In this document: positions 9,144 to 17,909 of the stretch, piece by piece
Layout of the letters: each line of letters begins with the position of its first letter
Position numbering within the stretch: the stretch's first letter is position 1
Assembly: GCA_964455135.1 (NCBI GenBank)
Contig: CAYVXN010000001.1
Coordinates: forward strand, 1 to 34,582
Direction of reading: 5' to 3'
Origin: an uncultured Mycoplasma sp.
GTDB taxonomy: Bacteria > Bacillota_I > Bacilli_A > RF39 > UBA660
DNA length: 34,582 nt
Translations under genes and position numbers: made by a program
Notes under the pieces: generated by a model
What the model was told of the DNA's origin: nothing
What the model saw: the letters and a program-made list of their open reading frames with translations, nothing else
The model's database searches: none

Positions 9144-10472
9144 CTAATACCAAATGTTAGTGTATTTTCCATCTTTTTTGTATACTTTGTCCATTAAAGT
9201 TACTTGGACAAATTCTTCATCTAATTCATCTAATTTATAAGTATTTACAACAACTCCGCCATATGTCCAAAGCGATTCTGCTACATAAGCATTTTCACTA
9301 TCTATGCCTGCGATTATTGCTATATGGCCCCATATTCCTACTATATCTCCTGCTTTTACTTTACCTGATTTCATTAGTTCATCTGTTAATTCTACTTTAT
9401 CTCCAACATCATTTAATTCTGTATCGTCTTCAAGATTGTCTCCAGCACCTTTGTCTCCTACATCGAATCCTCCATTTAAGATTGCCCACGAAACAAAGCC
9501 ACTGCAATCAAGTCCGTTGTTATTATATGAATTGCTTCTATATTTTGGTGGATAATCTTCAAAGTTTTTCAGAGGACATCCCCAGATTGCTGGTCCTGCA
9601 TAGGAACTTTCAATACTTTTCTTTTTGTAATCGTGAAGATAAAGGCCTTTATGATAATATCTTCCTTCACCATCTGCATAATGCATTCCACCAGTAATTC
9701 TTCCATTTTCGAAGAAATAGTCTATTTTATATTTTAAATCAAGGGTTAAAAATCTAATTGCTTCGACTACTGCTGCTCTTGTTTTGTATCCCCCAACATT
9801 TTCAATTCTGTTTTCTAAAATTTCATCTAATTTTTTTGCTTCTTCTTCTGTATAAACATTACAAGGTAAATATGGTTTTTCATTATTTATTTTTTTTGTT
9901 CTTTTGTTTATTAAATTAGTTACTTCAAATTCTATACTTTTTTGTTTTTTGCCATTTAGATAAATACTTACTGAAGATGTGCCTGTTTTATTAGCTTTTA
10001 CTATGTTTTTTGAAACAGAAATTATTTTTTCATTATCAGATTTATATTCTATTTCAGCGGTACTATTAATTGTATCTATAACAGGAGTAAGTTTGTATGT
10101 TTCTCCTTTTGCTAAGTATACTTTTTTTGGAATTTCTATATTTAAAACTAAATTTTCTACTGATATTTTTCTTTTTATAGGTCCTCTGGTTAAATATATA
10201 TTGTTAATATCTTTTTCTGTTAATTCTAAAGTGCATTTTTTGTTTTTTATTTTTATTTTTGAGTTATTTGTTTTACAGTAAATATAGGAATGATTTTTTG
10301 TAAATTTTATTTCTAGTTTTATAATTTTTGTTTTATTGTCATAACTTTTTACATCTATACTATTTATTAATTCTTTGTTATATATAGGACTTATGTAGAC
10401 ATAGCTTATAAATAATACTACTGCAATTAAGGAAAGTGCAATAGCTAGTTTAATTAACTTCTTTTTTTTCAT
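9144..10472 (-). CDS. Membrane-anchored NlpC/P60 (C40) cell-wall hydrolase with a Big_2-like Ig domain
   Basis: N-terminal MKKKKLIKLAIALSLIAVVLF anchor. Big_2-like segment KGETYKLTPVIDT...KANKTGTSSVSI. C-terminal NlpC/P60 catalytic Cys in GLDCSGFVSWA and His in IWGHIAIIAG. An alternative GTG start at 10478 overlaps the MBL stop. Confidence 0.85.
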   Translation of the reverse strand: MKKKKLIKLAIALSLIAVVLFISYVYISPIYNKELINSIDVKSYDNKTKIIKLEIKFTKNHSYIYCKTNNSKIKIKNKKCTLELTEKDINNIYLTRGPIKRKISVENLVLNIEIPKKVYLAKGETYKLTPVIDTINSTAEIEYKSDNEKIISVSKNIVKANKTGTSSVSIYLNGKKQKSIEFEVTNLINKRTKKINNEKPYLPCNVYTEEEAKKLDEILENRIENVGGYKTRAAVVEAIRFLTLDLKYKIDYFFENGRITGGMHYADGEGRYYHKGLYLHDYKKKSIESSYAGPAIWGCPLKNFEDYPPKYRSNSYNNNGLDCSGFVSWAILNGGFDVGDKGAGDNLEDDTELNDVGDKVELTDELMKSGKVKAGDIVGIWGHIAIIAGIDSENAYVAESLWTYGGVVVNTYKLDELDEEFVQVTLMDKVYKKDGKYTNIWY

Positions 10473-10474
10473 GT

Positions 10475-11005
10475 TCACTTAAAGTAATGATTATATTTTT
10501 TTTCATGACCAAGTGTTGTTTTTTCGCCGTGTCCTGGGTATAAAACTATATCATCGTTATATTTTTTTATTTTTTCAAGTGATGTAATCATATCTTGGTA
10601 GGAACCTCCTGGAAGGTCTACTCTTCCGATGTTTTCATAAAATATAAAGTCTCCGACAAACATTAAATTATAATCTTTGAAGTAAAAAGTTATACTTGTA
10701 TCTGAATGGCCTGGGGTGTATATTGTTTCAAACTCAAATGGGTCTATTTTTTTTGTTCCTTCAAAAAGGTTTTTATGATCAAAAACTGGTATTTTATATA
10801 GATTACTTAGACTATCAGCATACATTGCATGATCAAAATGATTGTGAGTAAGTAATATTCCTAATGGTTTTAATCCTAATTTATCTATTTTTTTTATGAT
10901 GTTATTTTCTTCATCTCCTGGATCTATTATTAAACATTTATTGTCTTGATACAAAATGTAGCAGTTTGTTTTTAAGGGACCTACTACTAGTTTTAACATT
11001 TCCAT
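10475..11005 (-). CDS. MBL-fold metallo-hydrolase
   Basis: 176 aa with the HxHxDH motif (LTHNHFDH), followed by TPGHSD and PGHG. Its start shares one nucleotide with the murC stop (TAATG). Confidence 0.85.
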   Translation of the reverse strand: MEMLKLVVGPLKTNCYILYQDNKCLIIDPGDEENNIIKKIDKLGLKPLGILLTHNHFDHAMYADSLSNLYKIPVFDHKNLFEGTKKIDPFEFETIYTPGHSDTSITFYFKDYNLMFVGDFIFYENIGRVDLPGGSYQDMITSLEKIKKYNDDIVLYPGHGEKTTLGHEKKYNHYFK

Positions 11006-12303
11006 TATTTTAATCCCTCTTTGTACGCATTAATCAACCATGTTGGATCTTTGCAACCCATGAATGGTATTACAGCGTTTTTGTGTTTATAAAGTTTACT
11101 TATTTCTTCTTTTGAGATGTGTTCAGCATTTGGAATTTCATTAATTATTAAGTCTGATGTTATTCCAGGAAAATCTTCTGGATTTTCTCTAGCAGGTTCT
11201 ATATCAGTTACATATACTTTGTCTGCAGATTTTAAAACCTCTGCAAAATCTTTATAGAAAGCTTCTGTTCTTGAAATAGTATATGGAATTAATACAGGAA
11301 CAAGTTCTTTATCAGGATATTTTTGTCTGGCTGTTTTTAATACTGTTGCAACTTCGTTGGGATGATGTGCATAGTCATCTACTAAAATTACATCTTTTAT
11401 TTTTTCTTCACTAAATCTTCTTTTTGCTCCATGAAATTCATTTAAGTATTTTGTTATTTCTTCAATTGATATTCCCTCTAGATAAGCCATATATATACAA
11501 GCAAGGGAATTTTCGATCATATGTTTTCCAAAAATATTTAGATTAAAACTTCCAAATAATTTATTTTTTATATAAACATCAAAACTACTGCCACTTGCGT
11601 GAAGTTCTTTTATTACTGCTTTTACATCGTTGTTGTCATTAAAACCATAATATACTATTTTATCTGATTTTAATTTTCTAACGTTTTCATTATCTCCACA
11701 GGCAATAACTTTTTTTTCGGTTTGATTAACAAATTTTTGAAATGTTTCAATTATTTCATCGATGTTTTTATAGCAATCAACATGATCATAAAAAATGTTG
11801 GTGATTATTGTATATTTTGGATAATAGTTTAATAAATGTCTATCAAATTCACAGGATTCTACTATAAAATTATTGGAATTTTTATCTATTACCCCAGTTC
11901 CATCTCCTATTAAGTAATTAGTTCCAATTGTATTTTTTAATATATTAGAGAGCATTGCTGTTGTTGTTGTTTTTCCATGAGTTCCACTTATGCAAATGGT
12001 GTCGTATTTTTTGGTTAATTCTCCGATCATTTGATAATATTCATACATTTTGCATCCGAGTTCTTTTGCTTTTTTATATGAATAGTGATCTTCGTGTATT
12101 GCAGAACTATAAACATAGATCATATCTTTTTCTAAAGCTTCTGCAGTTTTGTAGACTTTTATATTTCTTTTTTCTAGTTCTGCTAAAGTAAATGAATAAA
12201 CTTTAGCGTCATCGCAACCGGTTACGTAATTTCCAGAATCGTGAAGCATTGATGCAAGTGCTGACATTCCTGAACCTTCAATTCCAGCAAAAAAATATTT
12301 CAT
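11005..12303 (-). CDS. murC: UDP-N-acetylmuramate--L-alanine ligase
   Basis: 432 aa. N-terminal FAGIEGSGMSALA Rossmann segment, Mur ligase P-loop GTHGKTTTT and DDYAHHP motif. ACGGAGGA SD. Confidence 0.93.
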   Translation of the reverse strand: MKYFFAGIEGSGMSALASMLHDSGNYVTGCDDAKVYSFTLAELEKRNIKVYKTAEALEKDMIYVYSSAIHEDHYSYKKAKELGCKMYEYYQMIGELTKKYDTICISGTHGKTTTTAMLSNILKNTIGTNYLIGDGTGVIDKNSNNFIVESCEFDRHLLNYYPKYTIITNIFYDHVDCYKNIDEIIETFQKFVNQTEKKVIACGDNENVRKLKSDKIVYYGFNDNNDVKAVIKELHASGSSFDVYIKNKLFGSFNLNIFGKHMIENSLACIYMAYLEGISIEEITKYLNEFHGAKRRFSEEKIKDVILVDDYAHHPNEVATVLKTARQKYPDKELVPVLIPYTISRTEAFYKDFAEVLKSADKVYVTDIEPARENPEDFPGITSDLIINEIPNAEHISKEEISKLYKHKNAVIPFMGCKDPTWLINAYKEGLK

Positions 12304-12330
12304 AAAAATTCCTCCGTTCTTATTACTATA

Positions 12331-12359
12331 ATTATATAGTTTTTTTATTGAAAATACAA
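12331..12359 (-). promoter_or_regulatory. Candidate sigma-A promoter of murC operon
   Basis: The minus strand reads TTGTAT (12359-12354), 17 nt, TATAAT (12336-12331). Confidence 0.5.
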
Positions 12360-12416
12360 GAATTTATATGTGCTAATGTGGTGTTTTGTTAATATCAACT
12401 CTTTTTTTTAATATAA

Positions 12417-12448
12417 AACAAGTTGGCTTTTTGATAGCTAACTTGTTT
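12417..12448 (-). terminator. Intrinsic terminator after ychF
   Basis: AAACAAGTTGGCT (12417-12428) pairs with AGCTAACTTGTTT (12436-12448), with one G-U pair and a 7-nt loop. The minus-strand RNA continues into a U-rich tract. Confidence 0.6.
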
Positions 12449-12459
12449 GTTTTACTTTT

Positions 12460-13557
12460 TTATAAATTGAATCTAAAGTGACATATATCTCCATCTTGCA
12501 TTATATAGTCTTTTCCCTCTAATCTTAGTTTTCCTTGTTCTTTTACTTTTTGTTCGTCTCCTGCTTCTATTAAATCTTTATAAGCTATTACTTCTGCTTT
12601 TATAAAACCTTTTTCAAAGTCAGTGTGAATGATTCCAGCACATTTTTTAGCATTAGTTCCATCTTTATATGTCCATGCTTTTACTTCTTGTGGGCCAGCG
12701 GTAAAATACGTTTTAAGTCCTAGAAGACTATACGTTGTTTCTATTAGTTTATCTAGACCACTTTTTTCTATACCAAGTTCTTTTAACATTTCATTTTTAT
12801 CTTCATCTTCTAGTTCTGCTAGTTCTGCTTCTATTTTTGCTGATACTGTTATTACTTTTGAATTTTCTTTGTTTGCGTATTCTGTTAGTTTATCAACATA
12901 TTCATTAGGACTATTTATTTCTTCTTCACTTATGTTTGCTAGGTATATGTGTGGTTTTAGTGTCAATAAATTGAATGATTTTAAGGAAAGTAATTCTTCT
13001 TCTTCATATTTTATTAATCTTAAAGGAGTGTTTTTTTCTAAAGCTTCTTTTGATTTTTCTAGTGCTGTAAGCTCTATCAGAGTTTCTTTATCTTTTGTTG
13101 TTTGGGCTTTTTTCTTTATTTTATCTATTCTATTAGATACTATTTCTAGATCTGCGAGTGCTAATTCTAGGTTTATTATTTCTACGTCTCTTATTGGGTC
13201 TACTGTTCCTTCGACGTGAGTTATTTCTTTGTTTTCGAAACAACGTACTACTTCACAAATAGCGTCTACTTCTCTTATATGAGATAGAAATTTGTTTCCT
13301 AATCCTTCTCCTTCAGATGCTCCTTTTACTATACCTGCGATATCTACAAATTCAAATGAAGCTGGTTTTATTTCTTTTGGATTATAAATGTTTGCTAAAT
13401 TATTTAGTCTTTCATCTGGTACGTTTACTATCCCTATGTTTGGATCAATTGTTGCAAAGGGATAATTTGCTATTAGTATATCTTTTTTTGTTATTGCATT
13501 AAAAAGTGTTGACTTCCCAACGTTGGGAAGTCCTACAATTCCTGCTTTTAAACTCAT
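12460..13557 (-). CDS. ychF: Ribosome-binding ATPase YchF
   Basis: 365 aa. [19 protein letters not shown]-loop, an Obg-like GTPase fold and a C-terminal TGS-like domain (GFIKAEVI...[12 protein letters not shown]). Confidence 0.97.
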   Translation of the reverse strand: MSLKAGIVGLPNVGKSTLFNAITKKDILIANYPFATIDPNIGIVNVPDERLNNLANIYNPKEIKPASFEFVDIAGIVKGASEGEGLGNKFLSHIREVDAICEVVRCFENKEITHVEGTVDPIRDVEIINLELALADLEIVSNRIDKIKKKAQTTKDKETLIELTALEKSKEALEKNTPLRLIKYEEEELLSLKSFNLLTLKPHIYLANISEEEINSPNEYVDKLTEYANKENSKVITVSAKIEAELAELEDEDKNEMLKELGIEKSGLDKLIETTYSLLGLKTYFTAGPQEVKAWTYKDGTNAKKCAGIIHTDFEKGFIKAEVIAYKDLIEAGDEQKVKEQGKLRLEGKDYIMQDGDICHFRFNL

Positions 13558-13571
13558 ATTTTACCTCCTTG

Positions 13572-15167
13572 TTACAATACTGGGTATGCTCCTGGTCCTA
13601 GTGGTAATCCAACTAAATACCATAATAATAGGATTGCTATCCACGCTATTGACAGAGCTATAAGATATGGTGTCATTAATTTAATTCCATCTCTTATCCC
13701 ATATACTTTCTTTTCTTCTCGGTTATAAATGTTTAAGTAACCTATGTATACTATGAAGTATGCTAAAAGGGGAGTTACTCCATTTGTCATTGATTCTGCT
13801 GCTCTAAAAATGAATTGTGAGTATTGAGGAGACATATTTAGCTGCATCATAGCAGGAACTAGAATAGGGGAGATTATCATCCATTTTGTCATTGTACTTG
13901 GTACAAAAAGGTTAGATATTGCTATTACTATGATTGCTACAATTATTAGAAGTATTCCAGATAGGGAAACTGTTTTTAAGATTCCTGATAGCCATACTAC
14001 TATTATTGTTCCTATATTTGTTTCTTTAAAAATTGCTATAAATTGTGCTGCAAAAAAGATCATTACTAAAAGTATACCTAAGTTGCTTAATTGTTTTGTC
14101 AATTTTTGAAATAATTCTTTATCATCTTTTATTGATTTTGCTCCAATTGCATATGCTATTCCTGTTATTATTAAGAATATGGCAAGCATATAAGTGAATC
14201 CAGCTTCTAAATATGATGAATCTCCAAATAATTGATATGCATAAGATTTTTCTGTTTGGTCAAGTAATGCTCCTGATAGGGGAAGACCTGGTATTATCAT
14301 ATATATAAAAATTATTGTTATGATTATTGAAGCAATAAAAGCATATTTTAATCCTTTTTTTTCTTTTTCTTCTTCTTTTATTTTCTTTTGTTCTTCGTAT
14401 TGAAGATCTAAATATTCTATTTCTTTTGTTTGATCTAAATCATCTTTTTTCTTAGATACGTATCTACCTATTTTTTTTACTATGTATTTTTCTGTTATGA
14501 TTGTTCCTATTATGGAGATTACAATACAAGAGAAGATCATAATAAATAGGTTAGAGGTCATTCTTACATAGAATGTTTCATCTATTAGATTGGCTGCACT
14601 TATAGTATATGGAAGTAGTGACATGTCTGTTGCTCCGACAAAAAAACTTACACTATAACCGAATGCCACTCCTGCGAAAGCTGTTGCTATTCCTGCTAGT
14701 GGGTTTCTTCCATTAAACAAGAATAAAAGTGCTCCAAGTGGTATTAATACAGCATAACCAACTTCATTTACGATGCTAGAAAATACTGCAAGTAAGAAAA
14801 GGATGAAAGTTATAATTTTAGGATTTAGTTTTGCCAGTTTTCTTTTCATAAATGTTTGTATTAATCCTGTTTCTTCTGCAACAGCAACTCCTATTAAAGT
14901 GATTATTAAGGTACTTACAGTAGTGAAACTAATGAAATTAGTGGAAGCATTACTTATCATTGATTTTATTCCATCGTAAGATAACATGTTTTTTACTGTT
15001 ACTATAGTTTGTTCTAATTCATTAGTTTTTAAATTTATACTATCGTAAGAAGCTGATACATTAAATAGTGATAAGATAGCGCTTAATAAAACTGTTGCTA
15101 TTATTAAGATAATAAAACTTGTTACTGGATGTAGTTTTAATTTTTTGTTTTTTTTCTTCTTTGCCAT
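13572..15167 (-). CDS. AbgT-family transporter (p-aminobenzoyl-glutamate/antimetabolite efflux family)
   Basis: Polytopic membrane protein. VKNMLSYDGI, IGVAVAEETGL and GALLFLFNGRNPLAGIATAFAGVAFGY parallel conserved blocks of E. coli AbgT. I prefer the ATG at 15167 (MAKKKK), 7 nt after GAGGAG. The track start at 15182 is a TTG inside the DUF951 gene. Confidence 0.85.
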   Translation of the reverse strand: MAKKKKNKKLKLHPVTSFIILIIATVLLSAILSLFNVSASYDSINLKTNELEQTIVTVKNMLSYDGIKSMISNASTNFISFTTVSTLIITLIGVAVAEETGLIQTFMKRKLAKLNPKIITFILFLLAVFSSIVNEVGYAVLIPLGALLFLFNGRNPLAGIATAFAGVAFGYSVSFFVGATDMSLLPYTISAANLIDETFYVRMTSNLFIMIFSCIVISIIGTIITEKYIVKKIGRYVSKKKDDLDQTKEIEYLDLQYEEQKKIKEEEKEKKGLKYAFIASIIITIIFIYMIIPGLPLSGALLDQTEKSYAYQLFGDSSYLEAGFTYMLAIFLIITGIAYAIGAKSIKDDKELFQKLTKQLSNLGILLVMIFFAAQFIAIFKETNIGTIIVVWLSGILKTVSLSGILLIIVAIIVIAISNLFVPSTMTKWMIISPILVPAMMQLNMSPQYSQFIFRAAESMTNGVTPLLAYFIVYIGYLNIYNREEKKVYGIRDGIKLMTPYLIALSIAWIAILLLWYLVGLPLGPGAYPVL

Positions 15168-15171
15168 ATTT

Positions 15172-15357
15172 TTACTCCTCAATTATTTTTTTTAATTTTT
15201 TATTAAATTCTATTCTTGGTATCATAACTGTTCTTCCACAATTTATACATTTTAATTTTATGTCTGCTCCAAGTCTTACTATTTCCCATAGGTTTGTGCC
15301 ACATGGATGAGCCTTTTTCATTGTTACTTTTGTTCCTATTGTATAGTTTTTATCCAT
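15172..15357 (-). CDS. DUF951 family protein (YyzM-like)
   Basis: 61 aa. KKAHPCG...W.I.R.GADI.LKC..CGR matches the DUF951 signature. It occupies the same origin-proximal position as B. subtilis yyzM. Confidence 0.85.
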   Translation of the reverse strand: MDKNYTIGTKVTMKKAHPCGTNLWEIVRLGADIKLKCINCGRTVMIPRIEFNKKLKKIIEE

Positions 15358-16141
15358 TTTTTACCTCAATTATGTTGTAAGGAACAGAAATGCTTTCTTT
15401 ATCATATTCTTCTTTTATTATTCTATTTATTTGTCTTTTTGCAGAAAATTGTGTATTTATTTCCACTGGAATAATCATCCTATATTCTATGTGAGATTCT
15501 GCAAATTTATTTAAGCCCCAAAGTTCTACTTCTCCTTTTATGGAAGTTAATTCTTTTTCTATTCTTTTTATTATTTTAGATATAACTTTATCTGCTAATT
15601 TGTTATCTATTTCGTAAGGAATTGGAATATCTATTGTTAAATTTGGGTTCGATTTAGAGTAGTTTATTACTTCAGTTATTGTTCTATTAGAAATTATTTT
15701 TACTGTATTTTCATAACTTTTGATTTTTGTACTTTTTAATCCTAAATCTATTATTGTTCCTGTAAATCCATTTATTTCTACTAAATCTCCTATGTCAAAT
15801 TGATCTTCCATTATAATTGAAAAACCTGCTAAAACATCTTGCATTACGTCTTTTAGAGCTAAACTAAGAATTACTGATGCTACTCCTAGTCCTGCGACTA
15901 TTGATGTTACATTTACTCCAAGTATATTTAGTGTTGCTGCTGAAACTAATATTATTATTACATATTTTATTGTATTTAATATAAGTTTTTGCATGGTTAA
16001 TTGACGTTTCTTTTTTAATTTTTTGGTTTGATTTATAATTATTGTTTTTAGAATTTGATATATTAACCATCCTAAAAAGATATAAATAATTATTAAATGA
16101 ATATCTTTTTCTATTAGGTATTTTAGAAAATCTAATAGCAT
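15350..16141 (-). CDS. Small-conductance mechanosensitive channel (MscS family)
   Basis: 263 aa with three N-terminal TM helices followed by the MscS beta-domain block QFDIGDLVEINGFTGTIIDLGLKSTKI. Confidence 0.88.
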   Translation of the reverse strand: MLLDFLKYLIEKDIHLIIIYIFLGWLIYQILKTIIINQTKKLKKKRQLTMQKLILNTIKYVIIILVSAATLNILGVNVTSIVAGLGVASVILSLALKDVMQDVLAGFSIIMEDQFDIGDLVEINGFTGTIIDLGLKSTKIKSYENTVKIISNRTITEVINYSKSNPNLTIDIPIPYEIDNKLADKVISKIIKRIEKELTSIKGEVELWGLNKFAESHIEYRMIIPVEINTQFSAKRQINRIIKEEYDKESISVPYNIIEVKNG

Positions 16142-16149
16142 ATTACCAC

Positions 16150-17028
16150 CTACTTATTAAAATTTATTATTTCTAGTATTCTGTTTAAATCACTTTCATT
16201 TTCATAATTTATTTCTATTTTTTTTGGTTTTATTTTTACTTTTGTTCCTAGATAATCTGAAAGTTCTCTTTCTATGTGCTTATATTCATTGTGTTTGTTT
16301 TGTGTTATTTGTTTTACTTTTTTTGTAAATTCTTCTTCTTTTGTTGTTTCCTCTATTTGTCTAACATTTAAGTTTTCATTTATTATTTTATTTGCTAAAT
16401 CTATAATTTTTTCTTTATTTTCTAATTTTGATAGGGCTCTAGCATGACTTGTTGTTATTTTTTCTTGTTTTACTAAGTTTTTTACTTCTTCTGGAAGTGT
16501 TAGTAATCCTAGTAGATTTGTTATGTAACTTCTGCTTTTACCAACTCTTTTTGATAGTTGCTCTTGAGTTAAATTTAGATTTTTCATAAGTGTTTCGTAG
16601 GCTTGAGCTTCTTCAATTGAGTTTAAATTTTCTCTTTGAAGGTTTTCTAGTACCGCTATTTCCATCATTTGTTCATCGGTAAAATCTTTTACTATTGCAG
16701 GAATTGTTTCTTTTCCTGCAAGACGTGATGCTCTAAATCTTCTTTCACCTGCAACTATTTCATAGTCTTTTATACTTTTTTTAACAATAATTGGTTGAAT
16801 TACCCCATGTTCTTTTATAGATTCTGCTAATTCTTGTAATGATTCTTGATTAAATGTTTTTCTTGGTTGATAAGGATTTACTCTTAGTTTGTTTATTGGT
16901 ATTTCCTTAATTTCTTCTTCTTTTGCCTTTTCCATTATCTTTTCTTCCATTTTGTTATAGTTGATATCTTCAATATTAAATAATTCTTCTAGTCCACGTC
17001 CTAATGCTCTTCTTTTAGTTTGTTCCAT
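16150..17028 (-). CDS. spo0J: Chromosome partitioning protein ParB/Spo0J
   Basis: 292 aa. N-terminal RALGRGLEELF, CTP-binding GERRFRA box, an HTH region and a C-terminal dimerisation segment KIEINYENESDLNRILEII. Confidence 0.95.
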   Translation of the reverse strand: MEQTKRRALGRGLEELFNIEDINYNKMEEKIMEKAKEEEIKEIPINKLRVNPYQPRKTFNQESLQELAESIKEHGVIQPIIVKKSIKDYEIVAGERRFRASRLAGKETIPAIVKDFTDEQMMEIAVLENLQRENLNSIEEAQAYETLMKNLNLTQEQLSKRVGKSRSYITNLLGLLTLPEEVKNLVKQEKITTSHARALSKLENKEKIIDLANKIINENLNVRQIEETTKEEEFTKKVKQITQNKHNEYKHIERELSDYLGTKVKIKPKKIEINYENESDLNRILEIINFNK

Positions 17029-17800
17029 TTCCTTTTATCACCTCTTTGGCTAAATTTAAATAGGCTTCTGAGCCTCTTGATTTTGGATCGTATGCTACGA
17101 TCGGTTTTCCATGTGATGGTGCTTCTGTTAATCTGATTAATCTTGGTATTATTGTGTTATAAACTTTATCTTTAAAGTAGCTTCTTATTTCTTCAACTAC
17201 TTCTAGACCTAAATTTGTTCTGGCATCAAGCATTGTAAGTAAAACTCCTTCAATTGTTAGGTTTGGATTTAAGTTTGCTTGAGTATACATTATTGCTTTT
17301 AATAATTGGGTTATTCCTTCTAATGCGAAATATTCACATTGAACTGGAATAATTACTGAATTTGAAGCTGTTAGGGCATTAGTTGTTATTATTCCTAGTG
17401 CTGGAGGACAATCTATTATTATATAATCATATAAATCTTTTATTTTGTTTATATGTTCTTTTAATCTTTCTGATTTTGAAACTGATTCTAAGGTTTCAGT
17501 TTGTTCTAATTCTATATCTATTCCTGCTAAATTAATGTTTGCTGGAAGAACATATAAGTTTTTATATTTGGTTTTTACTATCGCATCTTGAATTGTTGAT
17601 GTTCCATTGAAAACATTATAAATACTTTTTTCTATATCACCTTTGTTTAAACCTATTCCTGTTGTTGCATTACATTGTGGATCTAAATCTATTAATAGTA
17701 CTTTTTTACCTAGAAGTGCAAGAGATGCAGATAAATTTATGCTTGTGGTAGTTTTTCCTACTCCGCCTTTTTGATTTATTAAAGATATTACTTTTCCCAT
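17015..17800 (-). CDS. soj: Chromosome partitioning ATPase ParA/Soj
   Basis: 261 aa with the deviant Walker A NQKGGVGKTTT and the IIIDCPP Walker B-like block. It overlaps spo0J by 14 nt. Confidence 0.96.
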   Translation of the reverse strand: MGKVISLINQKGGVGKTTTSINLSASLALLGKKVLLIDLDPQCNATTGIGLNKGDIEKSIYNVFNGTSTIQDAIVKTKYKNLYVLPANINLAGIDIELEQTETLESVSKSERLKEHINKIKDLYDYIIIDCPPALGIITTNALTASNSVIIPVQCEYFALEGITQLLKAIMYTQANLNPNLTIEGVLLTMLDARTNLGLEVVEEIRSYFKDKVYNTIIPRLIRLTEAPSHGKPIVAYDPKSRGSEAYLNLAKEVIKGNGTN

Positions 17801-17885
17801 TTTGTTACCACCTATTCCTTTTTTTGCTATTACTATTTTATCAAATATTTATATTTTTTTAAAGGTTTTTTATAATTTTATATTT

Positions 17886-17909
17886 AAAAAAGCTCTTTGT
17901 TTGAGCTTT
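17886..17909 (-). terminator. Intrinsic terminator after the noc-like gene
   Basis: The minus-strand RNA reads AAAGCUC-AAACAAA-GAGCUUU followed by UUU AAAUA. The hairpin starts inside the TAA stop codon. Confidence 0.65.

Noticed and set aside
10475-11005. Possibility that the 176-aa MBL-fold gene is a truncated pseudogene.
   Set aside because: All the metal-binding motifs (HxHxDH, the downstream His and the Asp/His blocks) are present in order. The frame is intact and tightly coupled to both neighbours. Short MBL-fold proteins of this size exist.
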